This document shows positions 9,935 through 20,472 of a DNA stretch of 32,775 bases, one piece after another (position 1 is the stretch's first letter; each line of letters begins with the position of its first letter). The DNA comes from Octopus sinensis (Eukaryota): assembly GCF_006345805.1 (NCBI RefSeq), contig NW_021832746.1, positions 1-32,775 of the forward strand. The letters run 5' to 3'. A model generated the notes under the pieces. That model was not told the origin of the DNA and searched no databases. It worked only from the letters and a program-made list of their open reading frames with translations. The position numbers and the translations under genes are program-made.

Positions 9935-10165
9935 ATTGTTTCAATATCCTCTGTTCCATGTTTACATGGTTCAGATGAAATTTTTTTGAGGCAGATTTTC
10001 CATGTCTGGATGCAGTTTCCAGCCACCAAACATCATCTGTTTTCCATTCAAGGTAATGTTTTTTCATAGCAAGACGTGTTTTTCTTTTTCACGGAAAACT
10101 GGAAATGAACAACATTGCTTGTGTGATGGTGATATCTGTTTAACAACTATTACGTGATGTCAAGA
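9935..10165 (-). mobile_element. Old SINE/LINE 3' fragment with RTE-type tail
   Basis: CATCGTCATTGTTTCAATATCCTCTGTTCCATG is a decayed reverse complement of the CATGGAAAGCGGACGTTAAACGATGATG end seen at 16880-16920 and 17960. Confidence 0.5.
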
Positions 10166-10342
10166 CCAGAGTACACATACACACACAAACAGACAGGCAG
10201 AGAGACCTAGTTTCCACATTGACCACCAGATAAGCAATCGGAGAAAACTGCCAAAGGCTTTCCCCATGTCAACAAAAGACAAAGACAGGTGGTGTATACA
10301 ACAAACAGATGTATTAGTATAATGCTCAGGAAGTGAAAAAGA

Positions 10343-10378
10343 CTTTAACATTTTGAGCCTATGCTCTTCTGCAGAAAG
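10343..10378 (-). ncRNA. Degenerate minimal hammerhead motif in a Penelope-like repeat (about 10165-10440)
   Basis: Minus strand CTTT CTGCAGA A GAGC-ATAG-GCTC AAAA TGTT AAAG: perfect stems I and II; core CUGcAGA and aAAAu instead of GAAAC. Confidence 0.45.
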
Positions 10379-10441
10379 GAACACAGAAAGAAACAAGGAG
10401 AGAAAATAAAGAACGTGTAGTGGCTAGCAATCTATCATGGC

Positions 10442-10491
<50 letters not shown>

Positions 10492-10585
10492 ACACATGTA
10501 TGTATGTATGAATGTATGTATGCATGCATGCATGTATTTGTATGTATATATATATATATATATATATGAATATATAACTCCGAGC

Positions 10586-10764
10586 GTGTCTCTGTTGTGC
10601 TTGTCCCTACTACAGCTTGACAATTGGTGTAAGCTTGCTCATATCCCCATAACTTAGCAGTTTGGCAAAAGAGACCAATAGAATAATTACCAGGATTAAA
10701 AAAAGAACAAAAAACCAAAAAAAAAAACCAAATAAGTACTGGGATCGATTTGTTCGACTAAACC
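10586..10764 (+). mobile_element. Diverged SINE A 3' half after a TA/TG tract
   Basis: GCTTGACAATTGGTG...TTGGCAAAAGAGACCAATAGAATAA...GATCGATTTGTTCGACTAAA. Confidence 0.65.
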
Positions 10765-10828
10765 GTTAATGCATATCTGCAGTCCAGTGGCAGAAAGAAG
10801 TGAAAGATAAAAGATAAAGATGTGTGTG

Positions 10829-10870
<42 letters not shown>

Positions 10871-11160
10871 GATATTGCATTGATTTAGAATAACAGTTAT
10901 AACCAATGATGATGGTATCCATCTTGACCACCAAATGAAAAACTTTGCATAAACAGGCTGAAAACAGTTTTCGAAATAAAAACATATTAATCAATATGTC
11001 AATTTTGATTTAATAATCAAAATGGAAATTTAAAAAAGGGTGAAATAGATTGGATTAGGATTAACAATTAAATTTTTATGTATTACACAAAGTATTTGTC
11101 TAATAAAAAATATATCTATCCAGACTATAGCCATGGATATTAATTATTAAATGCAAATAA

Positions 11161-11569
11161 TCTTTTCCACTCTAGACACAAGGCCTGAAGTTTTGGGGGA
11201 GTGGGGAAATCGATTACATCGACCCCAGTATGCAACTGGTACCTAATTTATTAAGGCGGAGAACTGGCAGAAACGTTAGCACGCCAGGCGAAATGCTCAG
11301 CGGTATTTCGCCTGCCGCTACGTTCTGAGTTCAAATTCCGCCGAGGTCGACTTTGCCTTTCATCCTTTCGGGGTCGATTAAATAAGTACCAGTTACGCAC
11401 TGGGGTCGATATAATCGACTTAATCCGTTTGTCTGTCCTTGTTTTTCCTCTCTGTGTTTAGCCCCTTATGGGTAGTAAAGAAATAGGTACTTAATTTATT
11501 GACCCTGAAAGGATGAAAGGCAAAGTCGACCTCGGCGGAATTTGAACTCAGAATGTAAAGACAGACGAA
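11161..11569 (-). mobile_element. SINE B2 (host), split by a B1 insertion
   Basis: Tail part at 11161-11252 and centre/head part at 11486-11569 join across the TSD. Confidence 0.8.
11253..11485 (+). mobile_element. SINE B1, full length, inserted antisense into B2
   Basis: TSD GGTACCTAATTTATT (11238-11252) / GGTACTTAATTTATT (11486-11500). Confidence 0.92.
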
Positions 11570-11669
11570 TTAAATGTTAATATTAAATGATATCCAATTA
11601 ATTATAAAAATTGCTAATTCAATGCTTGAAATTTAATGTGTATTTAATTCAGTAAAAAATTAACGCGGT

Positions 11670-12500
11670 CATTGTCGTTGCCGTCATAGCAACAGTCGTC
11701 GTCAATGTTGTCGTTATTGTCTTCATTATCATTGTGGCCATTGTTGTCCGTGATGCCATCATCGTCGACTTCGTCATCATCATCATCATCATCATCATCA
11801 TCACCACCGCCACCACCACCACCATCCTCCTCCTCATCATCATCATCACCACCGCCACCACCGCACCACCATCACATCATTGTAATAATCAACATCAGCA
11901 TAATCATTATCATCTCTTCCTCCTCTCATCACCACATCACCATCACCATATCATCAACATCATCACCACCACCACCATTATATCATCATATCATCATCAT
12001 CATCAAACACACCACCACCACCACCATCCTCCTCATCATCATCATCATCATCATCACCAACATCATCACCATCACCATATCACATCATCATAATCATCAA
12101 CATCAGCATAATCATTATCCTCCTCTTCCTCAGCCTCATCACCACCACCAAATCCACCACCACCACCTCCACCACCACCACCACCACCACCGTCATCATC
12201 ATCATCATCATCATGATCATCATCATGATCATCATCATCATGATCATCATCATCATGATCATGATCATCATCATCATCATCATCATTCATCTCATCATCA
12301 TCATCATCATCATCATTCATCATCATCATCACTATCATCATGTCATCATCATTGTCATTCATCATTGTCTCATCATCATTCCATTCTTGATGATGATGAT
12401 GTGATGATGATCTTCAGTGGTAGTGGTAGGTGTGGGTTCGGGTGGTGGTGGGGTGCGGGTGGTGTTGGGGTGATGTTGATGTTGATGATGCTGATGTAGT
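11670..12500. repeat. Cryptic trinucleotide tract (CAT/CAC/CGT/CCT, then GAT/GGT)
   Basis: Directly visible; source of the poly-His/Ser/Ile/Met ORFs. Confidence 0.9.
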
Positions 12501-12589
12501 GGAGATGATAATGCTCTTCTTGAACCTGAAAGCACATGGATGGGACGTGAACTTCTTAACTACGCAGCCACGCCTGCAAATTTTCCATG

Positions 12590-12853
12590 CCTGTGCATAT
12601 GTATATATATGTGCATGCATGTGTGTGTGTGCGTGCGTTTGCATGTGTGTGCATTTGTGTGTGTGTGTGTGCATTGCATGCGAGTGTGTGTGCGCACATA
12701 CATGCATGCATACATGTGTGCATGCATGTGTGTATGTATGCATGTGTTTGTGGTGTGTGTGTATGTGTGTATGTGCTTGTGCGTGTGTGTGGGTGTGTGT
12801 GTGTGCATGTGTACATGCACGCATATGTGTGTGCATACATGTGTGTACATACA

Positions 12854-12887
<34 letters not shown>

Positions 12888-13020
12888 CATGTGTACATGC
12901 ATGCACATGTGTGTACATACATGTGTGTGTATATATGTGTGTGTATGGCTTGTGTGTGTGTGTGTGTGCATGTGTGCGTACGTGTGGTGTATGTGTGTGT
13001 CCGTGTGTGTTGTGTGTGCA
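12590..13020. repeat. Compound (TG)n/(CATG)/(TA) microsatellite
   Basis: Directly visible; source of the CV/HT ORFs in all frames. Confidence 0.9.
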
Positions 13021-13605
13021 AGTGCATTGTGATTGAGGATTGTAAGAGATAACTGAAACTCAACACTGAAACTCAGATGGAAAGCAAAGTATAAAGTGTC
13101 TGGTTTTCTGTTCCAGGAACTTATTGGAAGTAAAAAGACGTCTGCAACAAAAGAGCCTAAATGTAATTTTATGCCTCACAGAAAGAAAAGATCTGAAAAT
13201 AGTTCCATAAGAAACATTGGCCGGCAGCCAACATAAGGTGGACATATTCCTTATACAGACAAGATTCTATTATAATCCAAAATATTCTGCGTAAAGTATG
13301 TTTATGGAGACCTGCTGGTCTATAACCAAAAAAACTAACGAGGAACAAGTTGTCTTGGAAACAATCCAACATAGCAATTGTGTCATTTAGTGAACAGAAA
13401 TTAAAGCAATTGTAAAGAATATCGCCATGATGTTTTAGCGATATTATCCTTTGCATTGGTTTTTTTTTTTTTTTTCTAATGGCATCATTGGAAATGAATC
13501 CACCATTTCTCACAAGACAATTGAAGCATGGCACAAAGCAAAAACAAAAAAAAAAATAGCACTGTTGTGATAAGGGAATTGTCCATATCGGTATTGATCC
13601 TTTTT

Positions 13606-13858
13606 ATAGCGGTGAGCTGGCAGAAATGGCGGCGAGCTGGCAGAACCGTTAGCACGCCGGGCGAAATGCTTACCGGTATTTCGTCTGCCGTTACGTTCTG
13701 AGTTCAAATTCCGCCGAGGTCGACTTTGCCTTTCATCCTTTCGGGGTTGATAAATTAAGTACATGTTACGCACTGGGGTCGATGTAATCGACTTAATTCG
13801 TTTGTCTGTCCTTGTTTGTCCCCTCTGTGTTTAGCCCCTTGTGAGTAGTAAAGAAATA
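13606..13858 (+). mobile_element. SINE B1, full length, with duplicated 5' end and TSD
   Basis: GGTATTGATCC at 13590-13600 and 13859-13869, each followed by a T run; head appears twice (GCGGTGAGCTGGCAGAAAT, GGCGGCGAGCTGGCAGAACC). Confidence 0.9.
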
Positions 13859-14109
13859 GGTATTGATCCCTTTTTGTTTCTGAAGAAAATTTGCCTTCTA
13901 TGAAGTTGTAAGCCAGTCACTGGTCATATGTCTGAGTATGACAAATAGAGCCGGGGTAGAGTCATGATTGCAAGAGGTAACAAGTTTCTTTTGCAGTCTT
14001 GTGAATCCTGGTTCAATCTCACTGCACAGCAATTTGAGGGATTGAATAATTTCACCAAAGCCTTGAATTGGCTGATGGCTTGTATGGGCAAAATGGTTGA
14101 CAGAAACTA

Positions 14110-14326
14110 AGCATTATGGGTGTGTGGTAAGAGGCTTACTTCCCAACCACAAGGTCCTGGGTTCAGTTTCACTGGATGGAACCTTAGGCTAGTGTCTTCT
14201 ACTGTCATTCATAACCAAAGGGAGTCTTTTATATATATGACTATATATTTATGGTCTGTATGTATGTATATGTATATGTGGCGGTGCATCAGCATGGCCA
14301 CAGCTCTGAGCTGAAACTAGAGAGAA
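14110..14326 (+). mobile_element. Diverged, internally deleted A-type SINE
   Basis: GGGTGTGTGGTAAGAGGCTTACTTCCCAACCAC...GGTTCAGTTTC head; tail GGCGGTGCATCAGCATGGCCACAGCTCTGAGCTGAAACTAG. Confidence 0.65.
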
Positions 14327-14640
14327 AGATATATATATATTTATTCTACCAATTATATACGTTTTTATTATTTTTTTGCAATTTACTTAATCATCGGTAT
14401 TTTATTGTTATTTTAATTTTAATATTTCGATTATATGTAATTTTCTAGATGGTGTAATTTAATTGTTCATTTTGAATTGATAAAAGGTGGGTTTTTCTAA
14501 TTTTTTATATATATATATATATATATTATATTGTGTGAAATTTGATTTAGTATTTCTAAATTGAATTTTTCCCTGTAAGTTAGGATTAATATTCCCTCAA
14601 ATAATTATTATATATATATATATATATATATACATACACA

Positions 14641-14921
14641 CAAATTAAAATCCAGAAAATGGAGGAGTAGTGTTAATATAATGTATTATCTGCAAAAATT
14701 CCCCAACAGCTGTTTGAGTTGTTTTGGAAAAATAACATGTAATAACCTAACAATAATTCTTTTTTACTCCTCTGACCAGATTTTGCCCAATAAAATGTTT
14801 TAATTACTAAAATTTAATTTTTGGGGGCAAAATCGAAACAGTTGTAAGTGAACATACTGAAGTTTTGCAGTCAATAAATTATATTAACGCTACCTCTCCG
14901 TTTTCTGGATTTTAATTTGAA
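14641..14921. repeat. Foldback: about 42-bp inverted arms inside an AT-rich repeat (about 14330-15340)
   Basis: CAAATTAAAATCCAGAAAATGGAGGAGTAGTGTTAATATAAT vs ATTATATTAACGCTACCTCTCCGTTTTCTGGATTTTAATTTG; weaker pairing continues inward. Confidence 0.7.
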
Positions 14922-15462
14922 TGTTTTATAAACCAAGATTTATACTTAAACCTATTATCTTAGGAGTATTACTAACAGAATAATAGGTAACAAACCAGTA
15001 ATTCACTAGATATTTTCTGTTCATTAAGGTGATTATTTTAACCTCTATTTGAATATATATATATATAAATTTATAAATAAGGATAATGTCGATATTTAAA
15101 TATCGATATTATCAAGTGACCAAGAGTCAGGGATTTGACTACTATTTTGGCATGGTGGTGTCTCTCAGACACCCTTATTTTTAGTTATTTTTAGTTATAT
15201 ACATATATATATATATAATATATATTACTCAAAAGAATTCCAACTCTCTGTTTTACACATGTTACTTATATTCTTATAATATTAATATAAGATATAAAAT
15301 ATTATAGTAAAAAGAAATGAAATGAAGTATTAATTGTCTATTCTTACTGAACAAATGAAATATTAAATCAGAAATATTAAATTTCTAAATATCTCATAGA
15401 GATATGTACGGTGGTGGGGCGATAGAATGGTTGTATACTGTCAACTTAACGTAACAGTAGGG

Positions 15463-15674
15463 GATTACACCACCGCTGTTTAGCCCTAGGAAGCATCGAC
15501 GCTTCTTGTCGGCTTTGACACATTTCCTGTGTCCTCATATATTTACGAAGAGGAGACAGGCCTAGCTGTTGGGGGTATTTGTCTCCCCTTTGTAAATATA
15601 TAAGGACACACAGAAATGTGTCAAAGCCGACAAGAAGCGTCGATGCTTCCTAGGGCTAACAGCGGTGGTGTAAT
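15463..15674. mobile_element. Foldback MITE / long hairpin, about 94-bp near-perfect arms and about 23-nt loop
   Basis: ATTACACCACCGCTGTTTAGCCCTAGGAAGCATCGACGCTTCTTGTCGGCTTTGACACATTTCC... pairs with ...AGAAATGTGTCAAAGCCGACAAGAAGCGTCGATGCTTCCTAGGGCTAACAGCGGTGGTGTAAT; TA at both ends. Confidence 0.8.
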
Positions 15675-16068
15675 ACAACCACTCGAAATATTAAATGTCC
15701 ATTCTTATTGAAATAGTATACTTTCTTGCATTTATGCAATCTTCAGATTCATATGGTGGTGGTGTCAGTTTTGTTCATTAGTTTCAACTGTGGTTGACTG
15801 GTTAAATTTTGTCCTTAATATACATTCCTGTGGACAGAAGTAGTAGTTGCCTGGCTAGTTTTAGAAATGATGCCATACCATTTTTCAATGTTTATTTTCA
15901 GAAATGATGACAGCAGTACTTTTTAGAGATTTTTATTTTTTAGATATTGGGATAAGACTTTTAAACCTTAAATAAGATTATTTTTTTATCATTGTTTATT
16001 AAATTTGGTTTTGAATTTATTAATAGAGTGCTTTTCTCTCAGTTTTCTCTTGATTTCATTCTGATTGT

Positions 16069-16306
16069 ATACTCTTTTACTCTTTTACTTGTTTCAGTCA
16101 TTTGACTGCAGCCATGCTGGAGCACCACCTTTAGTCAAGCAATTCGACCCCAGGACTTATTCTTTGTAAGCTTAGTACTTATTCTATCGGTCTCTTTTGC
16201 TGCACCGCTAAGTGACGGGGACATAAACACACCAGCATCGGTTGTCAAGCAATGCTAGGGGGACAAACACAGACACACAAACATATAAACACACACATAC
16301 TAATAC

Positions 16307-16349
<43 letters not shown>

Positions 16350-16533
16350 TATAATATATATATATATATATGACAGGCTTCTTTTCAGTTTCCGTCTACC
16401 AAATCCACTCACAAGGCTTTGGTCGGCCCGAGGCTATAGTAGAAGACACTTGCCCGAGGTGCCATGCAGTGGACTGAACCCAGAACCATGTGGTTGGTAA
16501 GCAACCTACTTACCACTCAGCCACTCCTGCACC
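16069..16533 (-). mobile_element. SINE A, full length with expanded (TA)n
   Basis: Complete reverse complement of A. Confidence 0.92.
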
Positions 16534-16689
16534 TATAAAATATTATAAATATTTTCCGGCCACATGCTGCTAGAAGGTTACTCAGCAGTATTTGGCAGAC
16601 TTCTGGGTTTTTAATTTGTTGTCGGTGCACACGTGAGCGTTCTGATAGTGCATTGCATATATATTTATATGTGGCATGTATAAAAGGAT

Positions 16690-16920
16690 TCGAGTGAGGT
16701 CATTGCCAGTACCGCCTGACTGGCCCCCATGCCGGTGGCACGTAAAAGCACCCACTACACTCTCGGAGTGGTTGGCATTAGGAAAGGCATCCAGCTGTAG
16801 AAACTCTGCCAAATCAAGACTGGAGCCTGGTGCAGCCATCCGATTCGCCAGCCCTTCAGTCAAAATCGTCCAACCCATGCTAGCATGGAAAGCGGACGAT
16901 AAACGATGATGATGATGATG
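16690..16920 (+). mobile_element. RTE-type LINE/SINE 3' end with (GAT)n tail
   Basis: GGTGGCACGTAAAAGCACCCACTACACTCTCGGAGTGGTTGGCATTAGGAAAGGCATCC...CCAACCCATGCTAGCATGGAAAGCGGACGATAAACGATGATGATG. The RTE clade is assigned from memory of this tail type. Confidence 0.65.
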
Positions 16921-17232
16921 TGTGTATGTGTGTGTGTGTGTGTGTGTGTGTATGCACATATGTATATTTGTGTATATAAACATAGAATTTTATTTTCATT
17001 AATGTATAATGTACATAAAAACAAAGAATGAAAACATCAGCAAGAACGTAAAAGAGAAAACTTTGTTCCCAGCAAATGAAGTCGTTTGTTGATCTATTGT
17101 TCTGGACCAAGTCATATAGACAAACCCTTGCTACACTTGACATCAAAAATGCCATGAATCAGCAATTGGCCTACTGGAAACTTGTAACTAATGAAGCTAT
17201 TGTTCACTGTGATATAAAATAAAATAAAAATC

Positions 17233-18175
17233 AAACAAGAGCACTCAAAGAGCGCAAACTTCTGCCAAGACAACACCAACGTCCTCTCAACGATTAGTCA
17301 GAGATGGTTTTTAAAATGAGAATATCTGAAATAAACTCGACTGCTTTCACAAATGAGAATAATAAAAATGAACCTAACCACTCTCAAAAATTAAGTAAAA
17401 AAGAAACAGGAAATTAATCCAGAATCCTTATCCAGTACCGGATCAATCCCCAAATCTAATCAGTTCATGCCAGTCATGAGGCCAAATAACCTTGAAAGTT
17501 TCATCCGAATCCATCAAGCGGTTCTTGAGATATCTTGTCCCCGGACAAACAAACAAGCCAACAAATGCAACTAAAAATAATACCTCTGCCTTTGCTAAGG
17601 CGGAGGTAACAAGAGCACCCAGAGAGTGCAAACCTCTGCCAAGGCAACACCAACATCCTCTCAATGATTAGCCAGAGATGATTTTTTAAATGAGAATATC
17701 TGAATAAACTCGACTGCTCTCACAAATGAGAATACTAAAAATGAACTCAACAGCTCTTAAAAATAAATTAAAAAAAAAAAACGAAAGATAATCTAGAATC
17801 CTTATCCGGTACCAGATCAATCCCCAAATTTAATCAGTTTGTGCCAGTCACGATGCCAAACATCCCTGAAAGCTTCATCCGAATCCATCAAGCGGTTCTT
17901 GAGATATCTTGTCTATGGACAAACAAACAACCAAACAAACACAACTGAAATGAACCCAACATCATCATCATCATCATCGTTTAACGTCCGTTCTCCATGC
18001 TAGCATGGGTTGGATGGTTCGATCGGGGATCTGGGAAGCCAGAAGGCTATGATTTTTTAAATGAAAATATCTGAAATAAACTTGACTTCTCTCACAAACG
18101 GGAATACTAAAAATGAACCCAAACAAACAAAGACGACTGAAAGCAATACCTCCACTTTCACTAGGGTGGAGGTCA
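17233..18175 (+). mobile_element. Tandem non-autonomous Helentron/HINE-like element (two copies plus a fragment)
   Basis: Units at 17233-17607, 17608-17950 and 18052-18175; each begins AACAAGAG; (AAAC)n near the 3' end; terminal hairpins ACCTCTGCC-TTTGCTAA-GGCGGAGGT and ACCTCCAC...GTGGAGGT; the CCTCTGCC motif also occurs near the 5' end. Confidence 0.6.
17960..18048 (-). mobile_element. RTE-type 3' end inserted in the Helentron-like array
   Basis: (ATC)n then GTTTAACGTCCGTTCTCCATGCTAGCATGGGTTGG, the reverse complement of the 16870-16920 tail. Confidence 0.75.
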
Positions 18176-18477
18176 TAATTTCCAAGTTGGATTTAAAAAA
18201 TAATATTTTATTATTTTTTAAACTTCTATTTCCTACTTGTTTAATCCTTTGGACTATGTTGAAGGGTTTAGTCAAATAAGCTGACACCAGTACTTGCTTT
18301 TAAGCCTGGTAACATAGTCCATTGATACCTTTTTGCTGAACCACTAAGTTATGGGGATGTAAACAAACCAGCACTAGTTGTCAAGTAGGAGTGGAGAACA
18401 AGTGCAAATACAGATTATGCACATACACACACATACACGCATGCACACACACACACACACACACACACAAGTATATA

Positions 18478-18742
18478 TCACGTAATTGCATGACTGACCA
18501 GGTTATCAGATGTTGTTACACATTGCTGATCACAATGCACTTTTTGCATTGTTTTAGCCTTCAAATGACACCACTCCACTGGCTAGGTGAGCAGGCCAAC
18601 GTTCCCCACCCGATCGAAAGGATGCAACATGAAATGAAGTGTTTTACTCAAGAAAACAACACCCCACACAGTCAGGGACTCAAACTCATGCTCTGGCAAT
18701 CATGAGGGCAACAGCCTAACCACTAGGCCACATACCTTCACA
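18478..18742 (-). mobile_element. SINE with CORE-like head and the C tail type 3
   Basis: Head TGTGAAGGTATGTGGCCTAGTGGTTAGG...CTTGAGTAAAACACTTCATTTCATGTTGC; tail CATTTGAAGGCTAAAACAATGC...CAACATCTGATAACCTGGTCAGTCA shared with 27323-27601 and 29578-29870. Confidence 0.75.
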
Positions 18743-18784
18743 TGTGTGTGTGTGTGTGTGTGTGCGTGTGTGTGTGTGTAATGT

Positions 18785-19530
18785 ATTAGTCAGAGTGGTG
18801 TCCTTATCTTGGTTGTTGCTTTCACTATGTCTCAGTTGTTGTACACTCCAGCCTTCTTCAGGTATTTTGCAGTTCACCTTAGTGCTATGCCCATAGGTAG
18901 TGCCAGAGTGAATTTTTAAGGCTTATAAGCCCCCGTTAATGTCTAACATTGGCTTCACACTGATTCGATGATACAATTGTATATTTCTGAAATGAGGAAT
19001 TTTTATATTAGTTGTTAGTCAAAGTGGTGTCTTCATCTTGATTGTTGCTTGCGCTACATTTTGGGTGTGTATTCTCCAGCACTCTTCAGGTGTCTGAGAT
19101 GAATCCAGGGCAAGACACTGAGGTAAATCACAAGACACCGGAAGAAGGCTGGACCACTCACAGCCAAAATGTAAAGAAAACAACAATTAAGATGGGGATG
19201 GGGACACTGCTCCAAATGATACACAATATAAATTCCACATTGCAGAAATATAGAATAATTATATATATATATATATTGATAAAAATGGTAAGACAACAAA
19301 AGAATGAAAGAGACCTCGATATTATGTAAATAGAGGAATTCATCAGTAAATGTAATATGTGACAATTATTCGGTAGCCAAGATAAAACTCTGAGTTTCGG
19401 ATTTTCCATAGCATTTTTCCGATGGCCAGATAACTGAAGAGATGATGGTGTGGATTTTCACCTCGACATCCGAAACTCAGAGTTTTATCATGGCTACTGA
19501 ATAATTGTCACATATTACTTTTACAGATGT
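18785..19530. mobile_element. Composite Penelope-like repeat with two foldbacks and decayed hammerhead cores
   Basis: Inverted arms at about 18960-19095 / 19133-19260 and 19341-19402 / 19468-19529; CTGAAGA-A-GGCTGG-type motifs at 18820-18866 (-), 19051-19095 (-), 19133-19172 (+); part of it recurs at 30040-30226. Confidence 0.6.
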
Positions 19531-19561
19531 ATGTATGTATGTATATATATATATATATATA

Positions 19562-19878
19562 TTAAGACCCCTTTTGGTCATGAATGACCATGGGCTTGCT
19601 CCAAAAAATTTCCCTTCGGAAGCAGAAGTCCAGGCAAGGTTGTTTATGGAAGTTCAACAGTCACCCATGCATACCAGCTTCCCCTCTGCATGCCACCAAT
19701 GTTATCCAAGGGAAAAGCAAAGGGGCCGATACAGCTTGGCACAATTGATGTCACAACTCATTTCTACAGCTGAGTGAACTAGAGCAACATGAAATAAAGT
19801 GTCTTGCTCAAGAACACAACACACAGCCTGGTCTGGGAATTGAACTCATTAGTTCATGGTTGTGAGCCCAACACTCTA
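19562..19878 (-). mobile_element. SINE with CORE-like head and another tail type
   Basis: Reverse complement has GAGTTCAATTCCCAGACC...CTTGAGCAAGACACTTTATTTCATGTTGCTC and tail ending CATGGTCATTCATGACCAAAAGGGG; the same tail end occurs at 30602-30662 (+). Confidence 0.75.
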
Positions 19879-20425
19879 TCTGAAACACGTTTCTTTCAGC
19901 TTCCATTTATCAAATCCATTCACAATGCCTTGTTTGGCTGGGGCTTTAGTAGAAGGCGCTGTCCAAGGTACCACTGGGACTGAACTCAAGACCACATGGT
20001 TCAGAAAAAAGCTTCTTACAATATCACCATGCATGAAATTATACCAGATGTGCCTCAGTTTGTTTTATAAGCATTTGCATTGCTCTGAATACAAATCTTG
20101 CTTACATCTGTCTTTTAGACATCATGACTATGTATTTCTGTAAAAAATTAGAAACTAGCTTTTCTAATGCCAAATTATATTCAAACCAATGATTGTTGAC
20201 AGTAATGGTGCTGCTGATGGGAAGGGAATTATTTGGGGACACCTTCTGATTGTAAAACAAATAGTTAAGTTAATGTCAACATACTTAATTTTGTGAGACC
20301 AAATATTTTAATGCATTAAAATTGCACTGAAAAAGGAGAAGGACAACAAAAAAATCATTAGTTTAATATTAATTCTTGTCAAAAATAGCAAGGGAGACAA
20401 CCTTGAAAATTTAATAATGAAAAGA

Positions 20426-20470
<45 letters not shown>

Positions 20471-20472
<2 letters not shown>

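Noticed and set aside
11705-12499. 264-aa Ser/Pro/His-rich ORF, and similar ORFs at 23736-24386, as His-rich structural or metal-binding proteins
   Set aside because: They are translations of CAT/CAC/ATT triplet tracts, open in several frames and on both strands, with no non-repetitive domain and none of the GHG-type repeats of cephalopod beak proteins.
12414-13066. Overlapping Cys/Val and His/Thr ORFs of 120-200 aa
   Set aside because: Pure (TG)n/(CA)n read-through; same for the ORFs at 27954-28680 and 30280-30844.
19430-19480. Hammerhead at CTGAAGA...CCGAAAC inside the second foldback
   Set aside because: Stem I cannot form and stem II is out of register; only the core words match.
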